A stretch of DNA of 64,000 nt from Verrucomicrobiota bacterium. GTDB taxonomy: Bacteria; Verrucomicrobiota; Verrucomicrobiia; Methylacidiphilales; UBA1321. The stretch is taken from contig JBCDLL010000007.1 in the NCBI GenBank assembly GCA_038745425.1, positions 1,688 through 65,687 of the forward strand. Reading direction: 5' to 3'. Position numbers and translations under genes: made by a program. Below the pieces are notes generated by a model. That model had not been told where the DNA came from. It did not search any database and saw only the letters and a list, made by a program, of their open reading frames with translations. Shown here in pieces: positions 34,138-42,997 of this stretch (its first letter is position 1; the number at the start of each line of letters is the position of its first letter).

Positions 34138-36492
34138 TCAATTCGCCGCGGCGGCTTCGGCCCCGGGACCCTTGGGAAGGATGACGCCCTCGCTGGCGCG
34201 GAGCTGGACGGCGGTGCCGGTGTGGAGCCGGTCGGTGGCGTGGCTGACGTTGGTCAGCGAGGGCATGCCCAGTTCGCGCAGCAGGATGGATCCGTGACTG
34301 AGCTCGCCACCGATTTCCACCACGACGCCAGCAACGAGCCCGAAGGTGGCCATCCAGCCGGCGTCGACCGAGCGCGCGACCAGGATGGTGCGCTCCGGGT
34401 CGAAGCCATCGGGCAGCTCGAAGGCGGGCTCATGCAGCACCCAGGCCTGCCCGTCGGCCCGGCCATTGACCAGGATGCGCCCGGCCAGCGGGGCCTTGGC
34501 CGCGCCGTTCTTGAGCGCCTGGGCGTCCTCGAGCACGGCGGCGTTGGGGTCGGCGGCGTGAATCAGGTCGGCGAGGCGAATGGAGGCAAAGCGCTGGAGC
34601 TGGTAGTCGCGATTCAAGGAGAAGCGGTTGTCCGGCAGCCAGCCGGCGTCGAGTTGGTGGATTTCGTCCTCGCGCATCAGCCAGAGGCTCTCCTCCTGCA
34701 GGCTGATGTGGGAGGCGGCCTCGCACCATTTGCGCCGCAGCTCGCCAAAGCCGCGCATGGCCTCGTGCCGGACAACCTCGCGCTCGGCCATCAGGCGGCG
34801 CGTCCACCACCAGAGCGGCCAGGTGAGGCGCTCGGCGATGGTCATGGGCGGGGGCTTGGGCGGCGGGACCGGCTTCTGCGCCAGGCTGGTCAGCAGCGTC
34901 TCGGGGGCGTCGCGCCAGCGGGGCTTGGCGATGTCCGTCTCGTGCACGCCCCGGTGGCCGTAGTGTTCCAGGAAGTGGTTCCAAGGCTGGCGGAATTCCT
35001 CCGCTTCGGGCACCCGGCCGTTGCGCAAGTCCTCCTTCCACTCCGGGTGCTCGGCGGCCAGTTCGCGCAAGCGATGGAGCTCGCGGTGCATGCGGGTGGT
35101 GACGTTCTCATGGCGCGCCTGGTGGCCGGAAAGTACCCCCAGTTTGGCCAAGACGGTGACCGGGCCGGTGGCGGCGCTGATCAGCCCAAACATCGCGTGG
35201 ACCAGGTGGCGGTAGGCGTCGCTGCTGGCCAGGAAGAGGGTGCCAAAGCCAGGCGTCTCGCGGGCGCAGGCGCGGTTGAGGTCCCCCAGTTCCCGGCGGG
35301 CGAGGCGGATCGCGTGCAGCTGCATCCAGAGCAGACCGAGGAAAGCGGGCAGGTTGCGCAAAATCCGCAGCGGCCGGTGGGGCGCTTCCAAGCCCTCCTC
35401 CCCGCCGAGCGAGCGCGAGACCAGCCCGGTGGGCAGGCCCCAGCGGCGCATCATGTCCGCCAGCAGGGAAAGGTTCATGTAGGGCCGGCCGGCAAAGAGG
35501 CGGAAGAAGGGGCGGTTCTTGGGCAGGCGGCGATCGAACTGATGGTAAAAGCTGAAGATGGAGAAGGCGTTGCTTTCGATGATGCTGCTCATCAGCGGGC
35601 TGGGAATCTCGGGCAGGATTTCCTTAAGATTGGCGGTGGTGAAGAGCTCGTCCCGCATCGGCGGCGCGGTGATCGGCCGGATCTGCACCAGGTAGCAGCG
35701 GCGCCCGTCGTCGGCCCACTCCACGTCCCAGTTCCTGTCTCCGTAGACCCGGCGCACGCCCTTGAGCAATAGAGCCAGCCGCGTCTGCCAAGTGGACAGG
35801 CGATGCCGGTGGTCGGCCCACTCGCCCAGGCGGATTTTGGGCAGCTGCAGGATTTGGCCGGAAACCTGGCCGTCCATCAGCTTGGCGGCGGTGCCCTCGA
35901 CGTAGTTAACGAGGTCGTCCTCAAAATCGTACTCGGTAAAGGCGACCCCGCTGACCTTGGGCAGCACCATTTCCATCAGGATGACGTCGCGCCGCTGGAC
36001 CGGCGTGCCCCGCGCGATGACGCCCTCCGCCGAGAGCCACACCTTGCGCAGCGCTTCGACGATGGCCTCAGTGTTGTGGGCATCAACACTAAGCACGGAG
36101 GCAAAGTGCCCGGCCATCGAGTGCTGGTCGCCGTCCTCGGCCGAGAAGGCGGAACGGATGGCCAGGGTGTCGCCCACCGGCGGCAGGCCCAGGCTGAAGA
36201 GCGCCGCCCGGGCGTTGGCCAGCCAGCGCGAATCCCGCGCGCCGGTGATCGTCTGGGCAACCTCCCGCCAGCCCTCGTGCCGCAGCACCAGGCCCCGAGG
36301 CACGCTCAGCCCGCGGATGGCGCCCCGGCAGAGCATCTCCGCCTTGGGGCCCATGTCGAGGTGGGCGGCTGCGGTGTAATTGAGGCGGAACCAGTGCTTG
36401 CCCGAGTTCTTCACGAGGTTGTCACAAGCAGTTTGTGTGCTTGTTTCGAGGATAAGACGCACCGAGCGCTGAGCTTTGTTGCACAAAGTCAA
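34138..36492 (-). CDS. PEP-utilising enzyme family protein (PPDK_N ATP-grasp + C-terminal swivel His domain; rifampin-phosphotransferase-like architecture)
   Basis: N-terminal GPKAEMLCRGAIRGLSVPRGLVL and IRSAFSAEDGDQHSMAGHFASV. C-terminal EIGGELSHGSILLRELGMPSLTNV. The start is uncertain: TTG 36492, GTG 36414 or ATG 36354. Confidence 0.8.
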   Translation of the reverse strand: MTLCNKAQRSVRLILETSTQTACDNLVKNSGKHWFRLNYTAAAHLDMGPKAEMLCRGAIRGLSVPRGLVLRHEGWREVAQTITGARDSRWLANARAALFSLGLPPVGDTLAIRSAFSAEDGDQHSMAGHFASVLSVDAHNTEAIVEALRKVWLSAEGVIARGTPVQRRDVILMEMVLPKVSGVAFTEYDFEDDLVNYVEGTAAKLMDGQVSGQILQLPKIRLGEWADHRHRLSTWQTRLALLLKGVRRVYGDRNWDVEWADDGRRCYLVQIRPITAPPMRDELFTTANLKEILPEIPSPLMSSIIESNAFSIFSFYHQFDRRLPKNRPFFRLFAGRPYMNLSLLADMMRRWGLPTGLVSRSLGGEEGLEAPHRPLRILRNLPAFLGLLWMQLHAIRLARRELGDLNRACARETPGFGTLFLASSDAYRHLVHAMFGLISAATGPVTVLAKLGVLSGHQARHENVTTRMHRELHRLRELAAEHPEWKEDLRNGRVPEAEEFRQPWNHFLEHYGHRGVHETDIAKPRWRDAPETLLTSLAQKPVPPPKPPPMTIAERLTWPLWWWTRRLMAEREVVRHEAMRGFGELRRKWCEAASHISLQEESLWLMREDEIHQLDAGWLPDNRFSLNRDYQLQRFASIRLADLIHAADPNAAVLEDAQALKNGAAKAPLAGRILVNGRADGQAWVLHEPAFELPDGFDPERTILVARSVDAGWMATFGLVAGVVVEIGGELSHGSILLRELGMPSLTNVSHATDRLHTGTAVQLRASEGVILPKGPGAEAAAAN

Positions 36493-36552
36493 ATCCCTAC
36501 GCTTCGGCGACCACTGCCCTTCAAAAATGGCGAAGCTTCCCCTCCCCTAACC

Positions 36553-36996
36553 GTGGCCACATTCAGCGAGATTGCCTACGGATCCGCCGACTATGCGACC
36601 GCCTGCACGCTGCGCGATGACGTGCTACGCCGCCCCCTCGGGCTCGAGCTCTCCGTAGTCGACCTGGAACAGGAACGCCAATGCCGGCACTTCGGCTTCT
36701 TTACCGATGGTGAGCTCGTGGCCTGCCTTTTGGTCCATCCGCGGGAGGAAGTCGGCCCCGGGACGGTGCAGATCCGCCAACTCGCGGTGGAACCCGCCCT
36801 CCAAGGCCGTGGGCTGGGCCGACGGCTGATGCGGGAAACCGAAGAGGCGCTCGCCAAGGATGGCGTGCGGCGCGTCTACCTCAACGCGCGCGAGCCGGTC
36901 ATCCACTTCTACGTCCGCCTGGGCTACGTCGCCGTCGGTCCGCCCCACGTGGAGATCGGCCTCGCCCACCAGCGGATGGAAAAAGCGCTGGCTTAG
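36553..36996 (+). CDS. GNAT family N-acetyltransferase
   Basis: GTG start. Acetyl-CoA motif A IRQLAVEPALQGRGLGRRLM. Confidence 0.75.
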   Translation: MATFSEIAYGSADYATACTLRDDVLRRPLGLELSVVDLEQERQCRHFGFFTDGELVACLLVHPREEVGPGTVQIRQLAVEPALQGRGLGRRLMRETEEALAKDGVRRVYLNAREPVIHFYVRLGYVAVGPPHVEIGLAHQRMEKALA

Positions 36997-37123
36997 AGAC
37001 CGTCCACAGAGGCAGGCGAAAGGTTTGCTTACGCCTTATTTCCCCTCCCGCTAAAACCTGTCCAACCCGGTCTTTTGCCAGGCTGTGCCGCAATCGCGGA
37101 ATTTGGGGCGCCGGGCCCTTTCG

Positions 37124-38602
37124 CTAAGCCACGCGCTCCTCTTCCTCGTCGTCGGCGTGACGCGGATGGGAATGCGGGTGCAGGTAGTGTTGCCGGGCGC
37201 GGGTCTCTTTGATCCAGAAGACCAGCAGGATGTTAAGCACCATGAGTACGATGATGGGCAGGATCGCCCAGCGGAACTGCTCGGCGGTGTAGAAAACCTC
37301 GGCCCCCTGGGTGACGGCGCCGCCGTAGGTGGCCTGCTGCCACTGCAGCAGATAGCCCACAATCGGCTGGAAGAGCATCCCGCCGAAGGTCACCAGCATA
37401 TTGACCATGGCGATGGTGGTGCCGGCCGCATCCGCGCGGTTGGCTTCGCGCCCGGCCACAAAGACAAGCGCCTGCGCGCTGCCGAAGAGCCCCGTGAGGA
37501 AAGAGAGCACGTACATCAGCCACACGGGCAGCCCCGGCATCAGTACCAGCGTGGCAAAGCTGGCGGTGGCGCCGATCGAGCCGATCACCATGGGCAGCTT
37601 GCGGTTGCGGAAGTGGTCCGAGAGGTGGCCGATGGCGGGCGAGCCCAGCGCGTAGCCCAGGAAGACCATGGTGGTCACCGCCGTCGCTTCCACCAGCGGC
37701 ATGCCGGGGTCGATGCTCTCCATCAGCGGCGGACCCCACAGCGAGCCAATTACGCTGATGGGCAGAAACATGATGGACCCGGCCAGGCCCGTCTTCCAGG
37801 TCTGCGCCCGGCTGGCCACCTTCCAGAAGCTGATCCAGAGCACGCGCACCGAAGTGTCCACGCTGTGGTGCTGCGGCACGTGATAGCCCTCCGGCGGGCG
37901 GTCGTGCACCACTAACCCGATCGCGACGCCCAACACCACCCCCAGAATGCCGAGGGTGTAACAGGTCTCGCGCCAGCCCAAGTCCGTCACCATCACGGCC
38001 AGGGTGTTGTCGCCGACCATCGCCCCGACCATCCCCAGCGAGGAAATCAACCCGCTAAAGAGCGCAAAGCGGTGCGGCGGGAACCAGATGGCGGCCAGCT
38101 TCATCGCGCCGATGAATGCGAAGGCCGAGCCCAGGCCCATCAAGCAGCGCCCGACCACCGCAATGCCCAGCACGTCAGTGGCGGCAAAAAGAAAGATACC
38201 CACCGCGCAGACCAGCGTGGCCGAAGTCAGCAAACGCCGCGGCCCAAAGATATCCATCAGCATGCCGACCGGCAGCTGCATCGGCGTGTAGACAAAATAG
38301 TAGGCCGCCGAAAGCAGGCCGAAGCCGCCCGCCAGAATCTTGAAGTTGGCCATCAGCTCCTCCTCCATCACCGAAGGCACGATGCGCAGCGCAAACTCGT
38401 AGGTGTAAAAAAGCGCCGCCAGGCTCACGATGATCCAGGCCAGCGTCGTGGGCGCGATCCGCCAACCGTGCGGGGCGGGCGCCTCCGCGGCCGGAGCATC
38501 GGTCACGGGCGTTCCGGCGGCCGGGGTTTCGGCGGCCGAGACCGGAGCGCCTTCGCGCGCCTCCGGGGCGAGATCGGGACCGGATCGAGGGGAAGTGTCC
38601 AT
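37124..38602 (-). CDS. MFS transporter
   Basis: 492 aa with about 12 TM helices. Contains the MFS loop motif MLMDIFGPRR. Confidence 0.9.
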   Translation of the reverse strand: MDTSPRSGPDLAPEAREGAPVSAAETPAAGTPVTDAPAAEAPAPHGWRIAPTTLAWIIVSLAALFYTYEFALRIVPSVMEEELMANFKILAGGFGLLSAAYYFVYTPMQLPVGMLMDIFGPRRLLTSATLVCAVGIFLFAATDVLGIAVVGRCLMGLGSAFAFIGAMKLAAIWFPPHRFALFSGLISSLGMVGAMVGDNTLAVMVTDLGWRETCYTLGILGVVLGVAIGLVVHDRPPEGYHVPQHHSVDTSVRVLWISFWKVASRAQTWKTGLAGSIMFLPISVIGSLWGPPLMESIDPGMPLVEATAVTTMVFLGYALGSPAIGHLSDHFRNRKLPMVIGSIGATASFATLVLMPGLPVWLMYVLSFLTGLFGSAQALVFVAGREANRADAAGTTIAMVNMLVTFGGMLFQPIVGYLLQWQQATYGGAVTQGAEVFYTAEQFRWAILPIIVLMVLNILLVFWIKETRARQHYLHPHSHPRHADDEEEERVA

Positions 38603-38824
38603 GATGGCGAGAGAGGGCGGCCGCGGCCGAGTGGACCTTTATCCAAGCAGCATCGGGGCCAGATGCCCAGCCCTACCTAAACGCGGCCTTCCGCCCTTTA
38701 ATCGTAACACGCCAACCCGCAATCTTCCGAGCGGTAAGATCGGAGCCGCCTCCTCCTACTCGAAAAGGTTGGCGCACTACTCGGCACGTCGTCCGTCGGA
38801 ACTCGCGCTTCGCAGCACGATTGG

Positions 38825-38844
38825 GATTTGATGCGCATCAAATC
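38825..38844. promoter_or_regulatory. perfect 20-bp palindrome GATTTGATGC|GCATCAAATC in the MFS/gspF divergent promoter region
   Basis: Exact reverse-complement symmetry, 124 bp upstream of the gspF ATG. Confidence 0.35.
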
Positions 38845-38967
38845 ATGAAAAAAACGGAGCACTGAGGTGGCCACGTGCTTGCAGCGAGGGCGGCGTACCA
38901 CTTTTTGGCGCGGTTGGGGTGACTCCGTGATGGCCAAGCGGGCCGGGAGCGTCCAAGATGGCGACTC

Positions 38968-40350
38968 ATGGCTGGCTTTGCCTTCAAGGCGCGCGACCGC
39001 ACGGGAACCCTGGTGGAGGGGGAGGTGGAATGCCCCGACCGCAGCAGCGCCATTCTGCGCATCGAGCGCCTCCACGGCACGCCCATCTCGGTGCAGCCGG
39101 TAACGGTCAAAGCCCCGCCACCCGCGACTCCCAAGCGCAACGGGCGCCGCACCCGCGAGGCCGCCCAGGCCGCCCCGCCCCGCGCCTCCGCTCAACCGAG
39201 AACGGCAACCAAAAGAACGGCCACCTCCGCAAAGGCGGCTCCGGAGGCGCCTACGGACCTCGAGACGATTCGCCTCAGCACCAAGCAGCAGCTCTTTCTG
39301 ACCAAGCAACTGGCCAAGCTCCTCAAATCCGGCATGACACTGGAGAAGGCGCTGGCCGCCCTCAGCGAGCGCTCGTCCTCGCCCAAGCTCACCGCGCTGA
39401 CGGCGGCGCTGCACCAGGACCTGACCGAAGGCACCCGTTACTCCACCGCGCTGGCCAAGTACCCGCGGATTTTTTCGCGCATTTACGTCAGCCTGATCGC
39501 GGCGGGCGAGTCGAGCGGGTCGCTCCCGCTCATCCTGCAGCGGCTGGCGGCCTACCAGGAACAAAACCGTAAGCTGATGGTGTCGGTGCAACTGGCGCTG
39601 CTTTACCCGGCACTGCTCAGCCTGGTCGGCTTCGGGGTGATCGTGGTGTTCGTCACCTGGGTGGTGCCGCAGCTCACCGGCTTCCTGGAATCAACCGGCT
39701 CGGAGATGCCGCTACCCACGCGGATGCTGATCGCCTCCTACAGCTTCGGCATGAACTGGTGGTGGGTGCTGGCGCTGCTGGTGCTGGGCGCGGGCCTCGG
39801 CTTTAAAAGCTGGACCTCCTCGGAGAGTGGCGCGTTGGCCTGGGACCGCCTCAAGCTGAAGCTGCCGCTGCTCGGGCGGCTGCTGACGACGCGCTTCAGC
39901 GCCCAGGCGGCGATGACGCTCGGCACGCTGCTCGCTCAGGGCGTGCTGCTCTCGCGGGCGCTGCAGCTCATCAAAGAGATCGGCGGCAACCGTGAGCTGG
40001 CCCAGCGCATGGACGAAACCATCCGCCAGGTGGAAGACGGCGAAAGCCTTTCCCGCGCCGCCGAGGCGGCCAACCTCTTCCCGCCCATGTTCCTGGACAT
40101 GCTGCAAGTGGGCGAACGCAGCGGCGAGCTGACGGAGGCGCTCCAGGGCATCGCCGAGCACTACGAGGAAGAGGTTGAGACCCAAGCCCAACTGGTCGCC
40201 ACCCTGGTGCCGGTCGTGGTCATTCTGGTGATCGCCACCGTGATCGGGACGGTGGTCGTTTGCATCTTCATGGCCGTGCTCAACGTGGCCTCGGGGCTCA
40301 AGCGCTCGATGGCCGGGCTGGAAAACCTTTTCGATTTGCCATGGGTATGA
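38968..40350 (+). CDS. gspF: type II secretion system inner-membrane platform protein GspF
   Basis: Canonical N-terminus MAGFAFKARDRTGTLVEGEV, a Pro/Ala/Thr-rich insert of about 55 aa, then two T2SSF repeats (LTKQLAKLLKSGMTLEKAL; FLDMLQVGERSGEL). Confidence 0.9.
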   Translation: MAGFAFKARDRTGTLVEGEVECPDRSSAILRIERLHGTPISVQPVTVKAPPPATPKRNGRRTREAAQAAPPRASAQPRTATKRTATSAKAAPEAPTDLETIRLSTKQQLFLTKQLAKLLKSGMTLEKALAALSERSSSPKLTALTAALHQDLTEGTRYSTALAKYPRIFSRIYVSLIAAGESSGSLPLILQRLAAYQEQNRKLMVSVQLALLYPALLSLVGFGVIVVFVTWVVPQLTGFLESTGSEMPLPTRMLIASYSFGMNWWWVLALLVLGAGLGFKSWTSSESGALAWDRLKLKLPLLGRLLTTRFSAQAAMTLGTLLAQGVLLSRALQLIKEIGGNRELAQRMDETIRQVEDGESLSRAAEAANLFPPMFLDMLQVGERSGELTEALQGIAEHYEEEVETQAQLVATLVPVVVILVIATVIGTVVVCIFMAVLNVASGLKRSMAGLENLFDLPWV

Positions 40351-41423
40351 CGATGTGGCATTCCAGGAAAATGCAGCGATGGCCACGGCTCCTCCGCCCC
40401 TTAGGGGCCCTCGCGGTCGTCCTGCTGGCGGGACCGGCAACGCTCCTCGCCCAGGACGACCCGGCCTCGGAGCAACGCGATTTGGTGGGGGAAGCCGCCG
40501 CCCACACCGCGTTGCTGGACCTGCGGGGCGACGAGCTGGCGATCCTGAATCCGGCGCCGCCCAGTTGGGTGCGGGCGCTCGAGCCGCTCGAGGAGAGCGT
40601 TCTGCCCCTGGACACCCCGCATGGCCTGCTCATCGAGTTAGGCGAGACCGTCTCGGTCGGGCCCGGAGTGCAGATGCAAGTGCTGCTGCGCTCCGGCGGC
40701 ACGGTGCGGATCAACGCGCTCAGCGCTTCTTTTCAGCGCGTGATGCCGGAGGTGGCCTGGGAACTCGAGGGCAACGGCCTGGCCAGCCGGACGGAAACCC
40801 TGCGGGCGGAGGGGATCCGCTACCTGATTGTCTCCGGCGGCGACCCGGACACCCTCCACACCATGCTGCTCAGCGTGCTGGGCAACCAGCGGGTCCTGAA
40901 GGCGCTTGATACTGACTACGGCGATGCGCCCGGCTCGATGTTCCAGCGGGGCTACGCCGGCGCGCTGCGCTACCGCGACCAGGAACTCTTCGGCCGGATT
41001 CGCGCCGAGCTGATGAACGGCAGCGAGCGGCTCACCGCCCGGGACGTGATCGAGTTCGAAATCCAGCCGGAGGAGCTTCCCCTGCTGACGGTACTCGCGT
41101 TCCAGGTCCGCGGCATCGATCCCGCCAGCCACCTTCTGGTGGACGTCAATGGCCGGGGACCACTCCTGGTGCACTACACGCTGCCTGATCTGGCGGACCC
41201 CGGCTACGTCGGGCGCCTCCGGCCGGGCGGCGACCGGATGAGCTTCCAGTACCTCGAGCCGGTCCACGCCAAAGCGGTGATCCCTGAAGACTGGCTACGC
41301 CTGGAGGCGTCCAACACGTTACGGATTTACCTGCCGGACGAACATCCCGGCGTGGATATCTCCGAAGTGCAACTGGAACTGAAATACCCCTGGAGTAAAT
41401 TCACCTACACCCTGGAACCCTAA
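40341..41423 (+). CDS. uncharacterised secreted protein encoded between gspF and gspG
   Basis: The ATG overlaps the gspF 3' end (ATGGGTATGA). Signal peptide ...LGALAVVLLAGPATLLAQDD. No recognisable domain. Confidence 0.6.
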   Translation: MGMTMWHSRKMQRWPRLLRPLGALAVVLLAGPATLLAQDDPASEQRDLVGEAAAHTALLDLRGDELAILNPAPPSWVRALEPLEESVLPLDTPHGLLIELGETVSVGPGVQMQVLLRSGGTVRINALSASFQRVMPEVAWELEGNGLASRTETLRAEGIRYLIVSGGDPDTLHTMLLSVLGNQRVLKALDTDYGDAPGSMFQRGYAGALRYRDQELFGRIRAELMNGSERLTARDVIEFEIQPEELPLLTVLAFQVRGIDPASHLLVDVNGRGPLLVHYTLPDLADPGYVGRLRPGGDRMSFQYLEPVHAKAVIPEDWLRLEASNTLRIYLPDEHPGVDISEVQLELKYPWSKFTYTLEP

Positions 41424-41436
41424 GCCCACCTTCCCC

Positions 41437-41877
41437 ATGAGAAACCTCCCTTCCCTGCAGCCTCTCCGTCGCGCCTGCCGCCGGGCCTTTACCCTTATCG
41501 AAATCATGATCGTGCTGGTGATCCTCAGCCTGCTGGTCGGCCTGGCCGCGTACAGCCTTACCGGCTTTACCGAGCAGGGTGAGGACCTCAAGATCAAATC
41601 CGACCTCAACATCTACGAGATCCAGCTGCAGATGTACCGCGCCAACGCCGGGCGCTACCCCACCACCGCGCAGGGCCTCAAGGCGCTCCACGCCAAGCCG
41701 ACTTCCGAGCCGGTTCCGGCCAAGTGGCGCCAACTGATGAAGGATCTCGCCAAAGATCCCTGGCAGCAGGATTACCAATACGCCTACCCGGGCAAGCAGA
41801 ACCCGGGGAGTTTCGACCTGTGGTCGCTGGGCCCCGATCCGGACGACCCTTCCGACGACGTCGGCAACTGGCAGTAA
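41437..41877 (+). CDS. gspG: type II secretion major pseudopilin GspG
   Basis: Prepilin N-terminus RRAFTLIEIMIVLVILSLL. GspG C-terminal pattern KDPWQQDYQYAYPG...FDLWSLGPDPDDPSDDVGNW. Confidence 0.9.
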   Translation: MRNLPSLQPLRRACRRAFTLIEIMIVLVILSLLVGLAAYSLTGFTEQGEDLKIKSDLNIYEIQLQMYRANAGRYPTTAQGLKALHAKPTSEPVPAKWRQLMKDLAKDPWQQDYQYAYPGKQNPGSFDLWSLGPDPDDPSDDVGNWQ

Positions 41878-41889
41878 GGCCTGGCCCGG

Positions 41890-42462
41890 CTAACGGTTCT
41901 TCGGCTTGCGGATAATGCGCACCGGCCGGGGTTTGCGCAGCGTGGTCGGCCGGGCGGTCCGCACCGTCGGACTCGCGTTTTGATTGGCGGCCTGGGAAGG
42001 CAACGCGCTGGTGCCGGGCTTGGCCGGAGTCGGCGATGGAGCGGGCACCTGGCCAAACATCTGCGCCTGGTCGAAGGTGAGCTTGGCCGTCTGGGCATCC
42101 TTGCGCACGACCACCGTGCTCGACCCAACCGTGGGCGACATCTCCACTTCCACCAGCTCGATGCCGTCGTGCGGGCGGCCTTCGGCAAGGCTGAAGACGG
42201 ACTTATCGTTCTTGTCGGCGATGTAGATCGTCTTCTCGCCCTCAAAGTCCATGATGCCGTTGATGTAGAGATTCTTGGCAAAGTTCGGGGTGGCCACGGG
42301 CGTTTCCCGCTGCGTCGGCGGGCCGAAGGGGTTGTCCGAGGTGGCCTCCAAGTAATGGCTGAGGGGTTTGCGGGTCGCGGGCTCAAACTCGGCGAACGCC
42401 TCCGCCGCCAAGGCCAGCAGCAGGCCGGTGAGGGCCAGGCAATGGAGGGGCGACGGGGTCAT
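41890..42462 (-). CDS. secreted protein, possible GspC/PilP-like secretin-interacting component
   Basis: Signal peptide. A beta-rich core YINGIMDFEGEKTIYIADKNDKSVFSLAEGRPHDGIELVEVEM resembles the HR/PilP domain. Pro-rich and basic tail. It is the last gene of the gspH-M operon, with an ATGA overlap. Confidence 0.45.
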   Translation of the reverse strand: MTPSPLHCLALTGLLLALAAEAFAEFEPATRKPLSHYLEATSDNPFGPPTQRETPVATPNFAKNLYINGIMDFEGEKTIYIADKNDKSVFSLAEGRPHDGIELVEVEMSPTVGSSTVVVRKDAQTAKLTFDQAQMFGQVPAPSPTPAKPGTSALPSQAANQNASPTVRTARPTTLRKPRPVRIIRKPKNR

Positions 42463-42986
42463 GGCTGGTAGAGATCGCGGACGACGGCTTGCGCCGAGAC
42501 CTTGCTCGGTTCCTGGGGATCGGCCCGCACTTCCAGGCGCACAAACTGGATGTGGCTGGCCTCCTTCTGAAGATCATACAGGAAACGGATAAAGGGTTCC
42601 CAGTCCGATTTTGCGGAAAAAGACAGCCCCATGGCCTGGAAGTGCCCACCCTCCTCGTAGCCGGAGAAGCGGTGCTTCTGGATGATGACGTCTCCCCGGG
42701 CGCTGGCCTGGACGGCAGCCAGGAGCTGCTCGTTGGCGTTGTCCTGCGCGGGCATGGGGCGCATTTGCCGCGCAAGCCACTCGTCCCGGGAACGCAGCTT
42801 GGCCTCGTCCTGCATTTCGGCGGCGTAGGTTGCCGTGTTTGCCCTCTCCAGCTCGATCTGGGCGGCGACCGACGCGTGCCAGCTCCAGAGCCCCGTGAAG
42901 AGGAAAAAGGAAAGGATGGCAAACGCCACCACCCCCAACACGGCGAGGAGCTTGTTTTCGCGGGAACTGAGTTGGGGTAGACGCAT
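42459..42986 (-). CDS. GspM/PilO-like bitopic assembly protein
   Basis: 175 aa with a single N-terminal TM helix (LLAVLGVVAFAILSFFLFTGLW), a coiled coil, then an alpha/beta domain. Position after the gspL-like gene. Confidence 0.55.
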   Translation of the reverse strand: MRLPQLSSRENKLLAVLGVVAFAILSFFLFTGLWSWHASVAAQIELERANTATYAAEMQDEAKLRSRDEWLARQMRPMPAQDNANEQLLAAVQASARGDVIIQKHRFSGYEEGGHFQAMGLSFSAKSDWEPFIRFLYDLQKEASHIQFVRLEVRADPQEPSKVSAQAVVRDLYQP

Positions 42987-42997
42987 GGCGGTGGGCG

